A stretch of 64,000 bases of DNA. It comes from an uncultured Clostridia bacterium. GTDB taxonomy: Bacteria; Bacillota; Clostridia; TANB77; CAG-508. Position 1 is the first letter of the stretch. Each line of letters starts with the position of its first letter. The stretch lies in the NCBI GenBank assembly GCA_934141605.1, contig CAKPCL010000005.1, forward strand, positions 4,574 to 68,573. Direction: 5' to 3'. Positions 49,153-58,288 of this stretch are shown here, piece after piece. The position numbers and the translations under genes were made by a program. The notes beneath the pieces were generated by a model. It saw only the letters and a list, made by a program, of their open reading frames with translations. It was not told where the DNA came from and did not search any database.

Positions 49153-50863
49153 AGTTGTTCTCTTTTGTAGAACATCCATTGTTGTTGCTGTCACATAAAA
49201 GATACTTTTCATCATTAATAATATATTCTTGTTTTTCCTGTTTTTTTAGATTTCCTTCTAATGTAATCGGTTCTCCTATTTTAAAGTAGATTTCTAATTT
49301 AATATGTTTTCTATCTCCATTTACTTTTGACACATATATTTTGTCTACTAATAGTTTTATTAAATCTTCTATATTTTCATCTATCTTTATTTCTTTTTCT
49401 AATGCTACTTTTATTTGATTCATGCTATCTTCTATAGAAGATAAGTTTTCTTTTTCTTCTTTTAGCCCTTTTATTTTCTCTTGCTGTTTCTCTATTTCTT
49501 TATTTAGTTCCTCGTTTCTTTTATAAAATTCTTCATCAGATAATAAATTTTTAATAGTAAGTTCTAATAACTTATCCTTTTTTGATTGTATTACATTTAT
49601 ATTGCTTTCTATATTTGAAATTTCCATTTCAAAATCTTTTGTAAAATTATATTTCTTGTACTTGTTCATTAAATCTTCTATAATTTCTTTTTTATTAGAA
49701 AGAAACTTATTCAAAACTACTTTTAAAATTTCTATTAATTCTGATTCTTGTATAATTGGACTTTCACATTCTTTTAGTCCATATGTAATATATCGACTAC
49801 ATGCCCAAGCAGGTTTATTTGACCTTTTGCTTCCAGATATTCTATTATATCCTGGCATGTGTTTTTCTCCTTCATGTTCTTTGCAATAAATTAATCCACT
49901 AAAAGTATATCTACTTTTAAATACGTCTTTATTTTCTACCCTATTTAAGCAGCTTGCTGATTTCTTTTCTAATATATTATTGCATTTTTCCCATAGTTCT
50001 TCTGAAACAATAGCTGGTATGTTTTCTTTGCATTCAAACACTTTCCATTCTTCTTTTGGCATCTTTTGTGCTTTGTGTAATTTGTAGTCTACCACTTTTA
50101 CAGTCCCTGTTCTGTAATATCCTTTATATTTAGGATTTCTTATAATTCTTCTTAAAGTTTGTGAAGATATCGGTGTTCCGTTTTTTCCTTTATATCCTTT
50201 TTGTTTAAAATATTCTGCTATCTTGTAAAATCCCATTTCTCCTTGCGAATAAATTTCAAATAGTTCTCTTATCATTTTTGCTTCTTCTTCATGTATCACT
50301 AATTTTGTCTTGTCCTTTCGATATCCAAATATATTATTATTTCCTAACACTCTCTTTTTCTCAATAGATCTACTAAATCCAAATTTAACTCTTTCTGATA
50401 ATTTTCTTACTTCATCTTGTGCTACACTTGCCATAATGGTTAATCTTAATTCCGAATCTGGCATAATAGTGTTAATGTTATCAGATTGAAAATACACTCC
50501 CACTCCATTTTCTAATAACTTCTGGGTATAAGAGATACTATCTAAAGTATTTCTTGCAAAACGCGTCACTTCTTTTGTAAGTATTAAATCAAACTTTCCT
50601 TTTTTGCTGTCTGCTATCATTCTTTTAAATGAATCTCTTTTGTTTACACTTGTACCACTTATACCCTCATCTACATATCCTTCAACATATGTCCAGTTAG
50701 AGACTTCTTTTATATGGTTTTCAAAATAAAAAACTTGATTACTTAATGAATTTAACTGTTCATCTTTTTCGCTTGATACTCTTGCATAGTATGTTACTTT
50801 TAGTGGTAAGTCATATATGCTTTTGCCACTACTTATTTCTTTTCTCATATTATATAAATCCAT
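49112..50863 (-). CDS. large serine recombinase (resolvase N-domain, recombinase domain, zinc ribbon, coiled coil)
   Basis: YYARVSSEKDEQLNSLSNQ catalytic Ser region, …TKEVTRFARNTLD…, 583 aa. The odd Cys/Asn-rich last approx 25 aa overlap the ylmC-like fragment in another frame. Confidence 0.9.
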   Translation of the reverse strand: MDLYNMRKEISSGKSIYDLPLKVTYYARVSSEKDEQLNSLSNQVFYFENHIKEVSNWTYVEGYVDEGISGTSVNKRDSFKRMIADSKKGKFDLILTKEVTRFARNTLDSISYTQKLLENGVGVYFQSDNINTIMPDSELRLTIMASVAQDEVRKLSERVKFGFSRSIEKKRVLGNNNIFGYRKDKTKLVIHEEEAKMIRELFEIYSQGEMGFYKIAEYFKQKGYKGKNGTPISSQTLRRIIRNPKYKGYYRTGTVKVVDYKLHKAQKMPKEEWKVFECKENIPAIVSEELWEKCNNILEKKSASCLNRVENKDVFKSRYTFSGLIYCKEHEGEKHMPGYNRISGSKRSNKPAWACSRYITYGLKECESPIIQESELIEILKVVLNKFLSNKKEIIEDLMNKYKKYNFTKDFEMEISNIESNINVIQSKKDKLLELTIKNLLSDEEFYKRNEELNKEIEKQQEKIKGLKEEKENLSSIEDSMNQIKVALEKEIKIDENIEDLIKLLVDKIYVSKVNGDRKHIKLEIYFKIGEPITLEGNLKKQEKQEYIINDEKYLLCDSNNNGCSTKENNYQSCNNDIYNCAW

Positions 50864-50958
50864 ATCTTTTATCTCCTTCCTTTTTCAAAGTATCTTTATA
50901 GATACAATTATTATATAATTGTTTTTCTTTTATGTCTATATTATAAAGTAGTTATTTT

Positions 50959-51120
50959 TCAAACTTTTTCTATTTCCTTATTAATCTCTTTTAATAATTC
51001 ATCTTGTACATTTTCATATACCTCTCTATTAATTGTATTATTTTGAAACAATTTTCTATTTAGTATCAATTCAATCTCTAACTTTACTTGTTTATTAGAT
51101 ACAATTTGCTTTTTTTCCAT
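50959..51120 (-). CDS. small hypothetical protein (53 aa)
   Basis: Not in track. GAGGAGG RBS. MEKKQIVSNKQVKLEIELILNRKLFQNNTINREVYENVQDELLKEINKEIEKV. Confidence 0.45.
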   Translation of the reverse strand: MEKKQIVSNKQVKLEIELILNRKLFQNNTINREVYENVQDELLKEINKEIEKV

Positions 51121-51360
51121 AGATTGCCTCCTCTTGTTTCTAATTAATATTCAAAGTTAGATTAATGTATGCTAAAACTTATCTCCTCCCTTCTCTATTT
51201 TTTGCTTTTAAGGCATACTAAAAAGCAAGCCTTTTATTTTGCCAATAAATGCTTGCTTTTAGTTGATTTTTTGGAACAATATTTTGAACATAATTAGACT
51301 AAGTATTTTTTTGACATTTCAATTGCGTGTTGCCATTGTAGATGTCTTAAATACTCTAAC

Positions 51361-51636
51361 TCATAATCTTCTTTTTTCTTCAAAATTTTTGTTCTTAACT
51401 TTCTGTTTGTCTTTTTTTCTCTCAAGATAATTTTTATGTTTTATCTCACTTCTTATTTCCTTTTCTTTTTTATAGTTAGGATGTCCTTTTAAAACTTTTG
51501 ATACATATTGTGGACTTACTCCTAATTCTTTTGCTATACAAACACAGTTAAGGTTTCCTTCAAAATACAATTCGCAAATTTTCTGTGCCTTGCTGTCTGG
51601 TTTGATTACCTCCTTCCAAAAAATAGTAATCAACAA
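51361..51636 (-). CDS. small HTH DNA-binding protein
   Basis: 91 aa. ICELYFEGNLNCVCIAKELGVSPQYVSKVLKG helix-turn-helix and a basic C-terminus. Confidence 0.55.
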   Translation of the reverse strand: MLITIFWKEVIKPDSKAQKICELYFEGNLNCVCIAKELGVSPQYVSKVLKGHPNYKKEKEIRSEIKHKNYLERKKDKQKVKNKNFEEKRRL

Positions 51637-51772
51637 TCCTTATTCTTTTTTGAAAATTTGACTTTCTCGTATTTCCTTCCTTTTTATAAACCTTTCTTAA
51701 GTCATTTTGTATCTACTTTTGTTGTTGATAGACTCATTGTACTACATTATTTGTATAATTTCAATACTTGCA

Positions 51773-52534
51773 TCAAAACTTTTCTCTATATTTTCCAACA
51801 ATCCAATTTTTTGCATTTTGAGTATTATCTAATAGGTATTTACCTCTATACCTTTCATCATCTCCAAAAGGGAAAAAATCCAATATATTATTTATATATT
51901 CATTATCCATTATAACTAATTCTTTTACTTTTTTAAAACATTCTTCTGTTATTTCATCCATTTCTTTAAACTTATCTTTAAAATATAAATTACTTTTATA
52001 TTGACTAATAATAATTGTATCAATTTTCTTATTTGAAAAGAATTTTTTAAATGTAGAAAATACTTTGCTACTTATCTCATTAATTTTTGTAGGTTCTTTA
52101 CCTAACTTTATCCATGCCTCTGTTAGCATATCTCTAAAACTTTCATTATTTAAGTCTTTATCATAGTTATTCATATATTCTGCAATTATCATATCATCTA
52201 TGCAATGATTTGATAACAATAAATCAAATTCATTAGGAATATCTTCAAAAGCATTTTCAAAACTTTTATTTATAGTTATAATTTTAGCATTAGGAAGTAT
52301 TTTCTTATATTTTTCATTAACATATTCTAAAACTTCTGTATTAGTATCTATAATATATAAAATTCCTTGAAAGTTTACTTCTTTCAAAGCATATGCTATT
52401 TTATATCTAAATCCTGGTGCAATTTCAACAACATTTTTAATATTTGATTTATGAGCATTTTGTATAAGTCTTGCAAATATCTGCCCTATATACCATTCCC
52501 ATTCATCATCAGCACTATTATCTTTAAATTTCAT
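51773..52534 (-). CDS. class I SAM-dependent methyltransferase-like protein
   Basis: VVEIAPGF (motif I), LYIIDTN (acidic end of beta2), DLLLSNHCIDD. Has its own RBS and follows a terminator. Confidence 0.5.
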   Translation of the reverse strand: MKFKDNSADDEWEWYIGQIFARLIQNAHKSNIKNVVEIAPGFRYKIAYALKEVNFQGILYIIDTNTEVLEYVNEKYKKILPNAKIITINKSFENAFEDIPNEFDLLLSNHCIDDMIIAEYMNNYDKDLNNESFRDMLTEAWIKLGKEPTKINEISSKVFSTFKKFFSNKKIDTIIISQYKSNLYFKDKFKEMDEITEECFKKVKELVIMDNEYINNILDFFPFGDDERYRGKYLLDNTQNAKNWIVGKYREKF

Positions 52535-52574
52535 ATTCTATTCCTCTTTATTAATATAATTATTTATTATTAAA

Positions 52575-52619
52575 TAAAAAAGTATTTCATTTCTCTAATC
52601 TATGAGAACAAAATACTTC
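52575..52619 (-). terminator. terminator ending the cargo operon
   Basis: Minus strand reads AAGTATTTTGTTCTC-loop-GAGAAATGAAATACTT followed by a T-run, directly after the 117-aa gene. Confidence 0.5.
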
Positions 52620-52649
52620 TTTCATAATTTTCTTTGTAATTAAAGAGCC

Positions 52650-53003
52650 TTATCTTTCATTATCATCTTGCTCTTTTCCTTTTTCATCTAATCCACCCAT
52701 CATTCTTCTGAATCTAGCTTTTGTTTCTGGATCAAGTTTATCAATTTGTGCTGATACTTTTTGCTCTGCTTTTTCTAAATCTTTTTTTGCAGAATCTAAA
52801 TCAGTTTGTCTTTCTGTAACAACATCTCTACATCTTTCAACTTCTTCTAATAGTTCGAGCATTTCTACCATTGGTGATTTATTTCTTTTTTCACTATTTC
52901 TTTCTCTCATAGTCCCTGGCACTCTAGCGACATCACTAATTCTACTTGAATTTGTACTTCCCTTTCCACTATAACTTGAACTTCTATAACTACTTGCTCC
53001 CAT
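52650..53003 (-). CDS. hypothetical 117-aa protein: Ser-rich N-terminus, coiled-coil C-terminus
   Basis: AGGAGG RBS. MGASSYRSSSYSGKGSTNSSRISD… Locally less AT-rich than its neighbours. Confidence 0.5.
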   Translation of the reverse strand: MGASSYRSSSYSGKGSTNSSRISDVARVPGTMRERNSEKRNKSPMVEMLELLEEVERCRDVVTERQTDLDSAKKDLEKAEQKVSAQIDKLDPETKARFRRMMGGLDEKGKEQDDNER

Positions 53004-53087
53004 AATATTACCTCCTAAAATTTATTCCTTATCAATATATATAATAACATAAAAAACGATTTTAGTCAAATTTTTACAGTTTTTCGA

Positions 53088-53195
53088 TTATTTATATATC
53101 AATTTTTCTTTATATTTTTTGCCATTAATTTTTAGTTTTATATCAAAACTTAATATATCTGGTAAATTTTCAAATTTTACCTTTTCACTTATCAT
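53088..53195 (-). CDS. possible 35-aa small ORF overlapping the SelO-like stop region
   Basis: Not in track. GGTGA 5 nt upstream of the ATG. MISEKVKFENLPDILSFDIKLKINGKKYKEKLIYK. Confidence 0.25.
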   Translation of the reverse strand: MISEKVKFENLPDILSFDIKLKINGKKYKEKLIYK

Positions 53196-53199
53196 AATT

Positions 53200-54954
53200 T
53201 CACCGTTTTTCATTTAATGAATGTTTTATCATCATTTCCTCTCCATTTATAATAGCTTTTGCAAATTCTATTTTCATATTAGAAAATGATTCTATTACTA
53301 AATAATAAGATTCATTTGATATAACCCAATAGGTTAGAAAATCTTTGTATAACTGTAAGCCTACCATACTTTCTTCATCATTATCATAATTGTTCCTTAT
53401 ATTTGTTTTAATTAGTGAATTTATAATTATATTTAGTGCATTACTATCAAGTTGCTTTGTATCATATAAATAAGAAAGTTCTCCATATATATTTTTATTA
53501 CTATAAAGATAATTTCTATCAGCATTTACTATATATTGCTTTAATATAATATTAGTTAAATCTGTTTCTTCGCTAATCTCATTGAACAATTCGTCATACT
53601 CTTGGGCAAAGTCCATAGCTTTATTTATAAAGTAATCCATATTATTTTCATTTACTAGATTTTCACTAAAAAATTCATCAACTTTTTCTTTTATCATTCC
53701 TACTTTTTCATATTCTATATATTCGGTATAATTAAGTAATAATTTCATACCTAATAGCATATTATTCTTATTCTCTTTTTTGTATATTAAATATTTTTGG
53801 AAAAATCTTGAGAAATCAAATAAATATGTAATATCTCCATTATCTTCTACTACATTTGTTTCGTAATAATTAGGTAAAAATTTTCTTGATAATACATTAA
53901 ATTTTTTAGATAAATTATCAATGTATTTACTATACTTTTTGTAATGTAAATTATAGTCTAAACCTAATAAATCACAGAATTTTATTTTCATATTTCTTTC
54001 GTATTCTTTATTCATTATATCTTCTAACCTATTTTGAACTTCAGTAATATTTTCTATATTTGAATTATCTAAAATAGATTTTATCATTAGTTTTTGTCCT
54101 ATCAATTCATACCCAAAATAATTTGACTTATATTTGTTAGTATTTGAATATTGAGGAAATCTTCCTTTTACAAAAGTTGCTGTATCAAAATCAATTAAAT
54201 TTCCACCTGTTGATATATTACCTACAGACCATGAACCATGCAAAAATCTATCACAAAACTTGTTTGCCTCAATCTTTGCTAATTTTTTGCAAAAATTCTC
54301 TAATTCCTTCATTGTATATTCGTCTTTATTTATTAAACTATTACTAATTCGATATAGTTCTTTTTCCTTATTTACTCTTATTTCTATGCTACATGGTAAA
54401 TTATAAGTTTCTTCTCTAATAATATCATCTGAATCCATATACTCGTCTAAAAAATCAAATCTTTCTTTTGTTTCTAATATAGCTAAAGTTTCAAAAGTTG
54501 GTATAGCAAAATCTTTTGCTAATATATTAGCAATTACAGTTTCTTTAATTGTTGCAGATAATGCATACTTTCCATTACTATAAATTGATTTAGGAGATGT
54601 TGCAAGTTTTGTTTTATCTCCCTTTATATTAAAATTGCTACCATAAAAATATGCTCTACCAGAACCTAAGTTACCACTTAAAGCCATACCTGTTGGATCT
54701 AGTTGTTTATCACTATAAGCTTTTCCTACTAATTGCTTGTTTGACTTTTTTTCATCTAAAGTTATTGAAAACATTTCACTTATTTTTTGTTTTGCTGTTT
54801 CCCATTCATATTCTTCATTAAATATTTCTTTATACAATCTGGAATTAATATAAACTACATTATAATTTTCTTTAGCCTTATATACATCTTGAACGCATAA
54901 ATTATCTTCTTTAAACAACTTTTTTATATGTGGTTTTTCAATTATTTCTTCCAT
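53200..54954 (-). CDS. SelO/YdiU-like kinase-fold protein (putative nucleotidyl transferase, or pseudokinase)
   Basis: LGSGRAYFYG (cf. GDGRA), GKYALSATIKETVIANILAKDFAIPTFETLAI (cf. REfl.SEam..LGIPTtRAL), FLHGSWSVGNISTGGNLIDFDTATF (cf. HGVMNTDNMSI.G.TIDYGPFGF), with Gly in place of the TDN Asp. Confidence 0.55.
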   Translation of the reverse strand: MEEIIEKPHIKKLFKEDNLCVQDVYKAKENYNVVYINSRLYKEIFNEEYEWETAKQKISEMFSITLDEKKSNKQLVGKAYSDKQLDPTGMALSGNLGSGRAYFYGSNFNIKGDKTKLATSPKSIYSNGKYALSATIKETVIANILAKDFAIPTFETLAILETKERFDFLDEYMDSDDIIREETYNLPCSIEIRVNKEKELYRISNSLINKDEYTMKELENFCKKLAKIEANKFCDRFLHGSWSVGNISTGGNLIDFDTATFVKGRFPQYSNTNKYKSNYFGYELIGQKLMIKSILDNSNIENITEVQNRLEDIMNKEYERNMKIKFCDLLGLDYNLHYKKYSKYIDNLSKKFNVLSRKFLPNYYETNVVEDNGDITYLFDFSRFFQKYLIYKKENKNNMLLGMKLLLNYTEYIEYEKVGMIKEKVDEFFSENLVNENNMDYFINKAMDFAQEYDELFNEISEETDLTNIILKQYIVNADRNYLYSNKNIYGELSYLYDTKQLDSNALNIIINSLIKTNIRNNYDNDEESMVGLQLYKDFLTYWVISNESYYLVIESFSNMKIEFAKAIINGEEMMIKHSLNEKR

Positions 54955-54960
54955 ATCTTC

Positions 54961-55086
54961 CTACCTTATTAAATTATTTTTTTCACAAAACTTTATACAA
55001 AATTCACATCCATAGCAAGAGGTTTCACAGAAATTTTGCTCTAAAATTCTATTTGGTATTACTTCTCTAAATCCGAACTGTACCAT
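54961..55086 (-). CDS. 41-aa Cys-rich ORF. Either the frameshifted end of the SPASM domain or a separate Cys-rich peptide
   Basis: Not in track. MVQFGFREVIPNRILEQNFCETSCYGCEFCIKFCEKNNLIR. Overlaps the radical SAM stop in the +1 frame, and an alternative ATG lies at 55107. Confidence 0.4.
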   Translation of the reverse strand: MVQFGFREVIPNRILEQNFCETSCYGCEFCIKFCEKNNLIR

Positions 55087-56068
55087 ATTTTCTAATAAAT
55101 TTAACATATTTATTATTGTTCAAGTTTTCTAAAACTTTATCCAATCCAATTTCAAAATAATTGCCTAAAAATAAATCTTTATGTATGTTAAATACTTCAC
55201 AAGGATAACAATCTCCATTACATTTCATAAATATTTTAGGACTTACAAACTTTCCAACTTCTACATCAAATCTATTATCACATTCATTTATAGCATCATA
55301 TACTGTCATTTTATATGTTTCAATTTTATCTTTAGCTCGAATATTACTATTTACATAGTATGAGTCTGTTAAGTATATCCTTTTACTTGGAAATTCCCCA
55401 AATTTTTTTAAATAAATATTATATAATTTAGATAATCGTGATTCTTTCTCTCCTTTTAATCTAGTATGAACAATTCCTAAATTTAATTCTTTTATTGTAT
55501 AATGATTAGCTACATAATTTATAATATTACATATATATTCTAATGGAATAGTTTGCTCTCCTATTGATATTTGTATAGATGGGACAAAAAATTGATTATT
55601 AAAAAGTCCCGACTCTTCCATTTTTTCAAAATAATATTCTACATTCTTTCCCCAGAATCCATTTGAAATTATTTTACTAACATCTATTTTATTCTCAGAA
55701 TATTTTATCATTTTACACATATTATCAAATTCTAAAAAAGGCTCTCCTCCAGTTATAGCAAAAGCAGGTATTCCCTGTTCATATAAATCATCTACTAATT
55801 TATATATTTCCTTTTCAGTTAATTTCGTCTTTCCTAATTTTATGCTATTTGCTGACATTCCACAATCTTTGCAATTACAATTACATCTATTCGTAATCTC
55901 AAAAGTAAATTGTATAGGCTTTATAATATGTTCTCTATTGCCTTTTTCTTTTTGCCATTTATCTATATCTTCATAAAATGTTTCTTTTTTTGAAGAATAT
56001 TTACCTATTGTTGGATTACAATTTTGTTCATTTATAGATAAAAATTTTTCCATTATTTCATCTTCCAC
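55067..56068 (-). CDS. radical SAM protein with (truncated?) SPASM/twitch C-terminal domain
   Basis: TNRCNCNCKDC CxxxCxxC cluster, GGEPF, C-terminal KCNGDCYPCEV…FLGNYFEIGLDKVLENL resembling the start of a SPASM domain. Confidence 0.75.
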   Translation of the reverse strand: MEDEIMEKFLSINEQNCNPTIGKYSSKKETFYEDIDKWQKEKGNREHIIKPIQFTFEITNRCNCNCKDCGMSANSIKLGKTKLTEKEIYKLVDDLYEQGIPAFAITGGEPFLEFDNMCKMIKYSENKIDVSKIISNGFWGKNVEYYFEKMEESGLFNNQFFVPSIQISIGEQTIPLEYICNIINYVANHYTIKELNLGIVHTRLKGEKESRLSKLYNIYLKKFGEFPSKRIYLTDSYYVNSNIRAKDKIETYKMTVYDAINECDNRFDVEVGKFVSPKIFMKCNGDCYPCEVFNIHKDLFLGNYFEIGLDKVLENLNNNKYVKFIRKYGTVRI

Positions 56069-56073
56069 TATGC

Positions 56074-56532
56074 TTATACCTCTTTCCTATACCAAAACTC
56101 ATCTTCTATTGTTTCGTATAACTTAAATCCTCTTTTTTCATAAAATTTTATTGCTATATCAAATTCTTTAAATGTGCATAATATGATTTCTTCATATTTT
56201 TCTTTTTTAGCAAAATTTAAAAATAAATCATATAGTCTATTTCCAATTCCTAAGTTTCTATATTTAGCATTTATATAAAAGCAGTTCATTTTTATAATTT
56301 TATCTGTTTGCTGCAAACCTCCACATGTTCCTACAATTTGATTTTGTTTATTTAGTGCAATCCAGAACTTATTATTTCCTGTCTTGTACTTTTCCACTAA
56401 TTTGTGTTCAAAATAATCTTTCCAATGTGTAAATCCAAATTCTTCTGATGTAATTTTAATGAGAAATTTAATAATATCTTCTCGCTCTCCATATTTACAT
56501 TCAACTATTTTTACTCCACTATTTTCTAACAT
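56074..56532 (-). CDS. GNAT family N-acetyltransferase
   Basis: 152 aa, YRNLGIGNRLYDLFLNFAKK acetyl-CoA binding motif (R/Q-x-x-G-x-G/A). Confidence 0.85.
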   Translation of the reverse strand: MLENSGVKIVECKYGEREDIIKFLIKITSEEFGFTHWKDYFEHKLVEKYKTGNNKFWIALNKQNQIVGTCGGLQQTDKIIKMNCFYINAKYRNLGIGNRLYDLFLNFAKKEKYEEIILCTFKEFDIAIKFYEKRGFKLYETIEDEFWYRKEV

Positions 56533-56545
56533 ACTTTCTCCCTAA

Positions 56546-58249
56546 TTACTCTTGCTTTAATTTTTTTATATGCCAATCGCAAATATCAACAAGTAATGTA
56601 TCATCTTTAAATCCTATGTAATTCATTAATTTTTTAAATCCACTGTCTGTTTGTCCTAGTGTAATATCACCATCAATTTTTTGATAAAATTCTTTATTCA
56701 TTTTCCATAGTCTTATTGAAGTTTCCATTTCTTTTGATGCAGAAATTGTAGCCCTAGTCTTTAGACTCACATAAGGCAACATATATGGACTTCTTGCAAT
56801 CTCTTTATTGGGTAATCTTACTACTAATCCTCCGTTTTTTGCTCCTATTATAAAATCTCTAAGATCTACTATATCAAATATTTTTTCATTTCCCATACTA
56901 GCTAAAAGAAATATTTGCTCAATATTAATTCTTTCTGGCAAATTGCTCATTACTTCCCTTATTGTTTTTCCAGTTGCACTATCATCATCTACTAATATAT
57001 AGTTTCCATCTTCAATTTTTTGAATTTGATTTTTTACTGTATCATGTCCTATTCTCCCAATTAAAGATATATATTTTTTCTGTATGTCGCTTATATCAAA
57101 TAGTCTACTTGTTTCTATATTATAAGTTCCTCTATAATATGTATCTAGGCTTATTGTTTGTTTTGCTTCTAATATAGAATATGCTTTTTTTAACTGTTCT
57201 TCCATATTTATTGTTTTTACATCTAATTGATTATGAAATACTGCTCTTATTAATTCTATTAATTGCTTTAAAAACTCTTCATGTTCTTTTTGTAATATTT
57301 CTTCTTTTACATTTTGCTTGTAATTCAATAATGGTGTTATTCCCTCGTTTCTTATAACATAGTCTCCATCTTCTTTACTATAATTTTGATTATTATAGTC
57401 ATAACCTTCTCTTTGTCTTATATTTCTTGAAGAATATGTTGACACAATTGATTTATTATTAATAAAAAAATTATTTTTTCCTTTACATTTATTTTTTATT
57501 TGGTTAAATTTTTCACTATAGCCTTCTCTTTCAATGCATATTCCTATTCCTTTATTTTCAAAGCAATACATAAATTCGCTATTATCTCCACCAAAAACAT
57601 AGGCTACTTGTATGTTAGGATTTACATGTTTCCTTAAATATTGTTCTAGTCTTTGTATTATATCTGTGAAATTAATATATGTTTTCACATATATTGATTC
57701 CCAAGGATCTATCATCAACCAATTACTATCTTTAATACATTCTTGACATAGGTCTAATCTTTCATAAGAATTTATTTTATAATATGGTTTCGTTGATACA
57801 TAGCTTTCATGTGATGGTGACAAATAGCCACCTACAACATTATATCCGTTTTTTTCTAAGACTTTTTTTGCAAAATCCATCATATACAAATGTCCCTCAT
57901 GTATTGGGTCAAATCCTCCTGTTGTAAGTAATACAACTGGATTTTTTATATCTTTATCCTTCATATTTTCAATAATTTTGCTTACTGGTGTTGTAAGAAA
58001 ATTCAAATTATAATAATCTATATCTTCTAAATCTATATTGTCTAAAATAAATCCTGCTTTTATAACAATATCTATACTTAAATATTTTTTATATATTTCA
58101 CTATAATATTCATCTCTTAATATTTTCCATGCTAATTTTACTTCATCTGTTTTATTTTCTATTTTACTATATGCAATATCTACATCTGCACATTTAAAAT
58201 TTTTATCTAAATTTAATATATCCCAAAGATATTCTTTTTGTTCGCTCAT
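56546..58249 (-). CDS. fusion protein: eukaryotic-type NMNAT-like nucleotidyltransferase (HxGH) plus type I phosphoribosyltransferase domain
   Basis: TTGGFDPIHEGHLYMMDFAKK…VVGGYLSPSHESYVSTKP (NMNAT-like). C-terminal YILVDDDSATGKTIRE (PRPP-binding motif of type I PRTases). The N-terminal approx 100 aa are unassigned. Confidence 0.65.
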   Translation of the reverse strand: MSEQKEYLWDILNLDKNFKCADVDIAYSKIENKTDEVKLAWKILRDEYYSEIYKKYLSIDIVIKAGFILDNIDLEDIDYYNLNFLTTPVSKIIENMKDKDIKNPVVLLTTGGFDPIHEGHLYMMDFAKKVLEKNGYNVVGGYLSPSHESYVSTKPYYKINSYERLDLCQECIKDSNWLMIDPWESIYVKTYINFTDIIQRLEQYLRKHVNPNIQVAYVFGGDNSEFMYCFENKGIGICIEREGYSEKFNQIKNKCKGKNNFFINNKSIVSTYSSRNIRQREGYDYNNQNYSKEDGDYVIRNEGITPLLNYKQNVKEEILQKEHEEFLKQLIELIRAVFHNQLDVKTINMEEQLKKAYSILEAKQTISLDTYYRGTYNIETSRLFDISDIQKKYISLIGRIGHDTVKNQIQKIEDGNYILVDDDSATGKTIREVMSNLPERINIEQIFLLASMGNEKIFDIVDLRDFIIGAKNGGLVVRLPNKEIARSPYMLPYVSLKTRATISASKEMETSIRLWKMNKEFYQKIDGDITLGQTDSGFKKLMNYIGFKDDTLLVDICDWHIKKLKQE

Positions 58250-58288
58250 AAATTCTTTTTACTATCTACCTTTAGATTGTACCTTTCC

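Noticed and set aside
49012-49215. The full 67-aa ORF (MMKSIFYVTATTMDVLQKR…) treated as an intact small gene.
   Set aside because: There is no RBS before either Met, and the first approx 20 residues do not resemble the YlmC family. They overlap the recombinase 3-prime end, so only the portion from about 49152 down is interpreted as a gene fragment.
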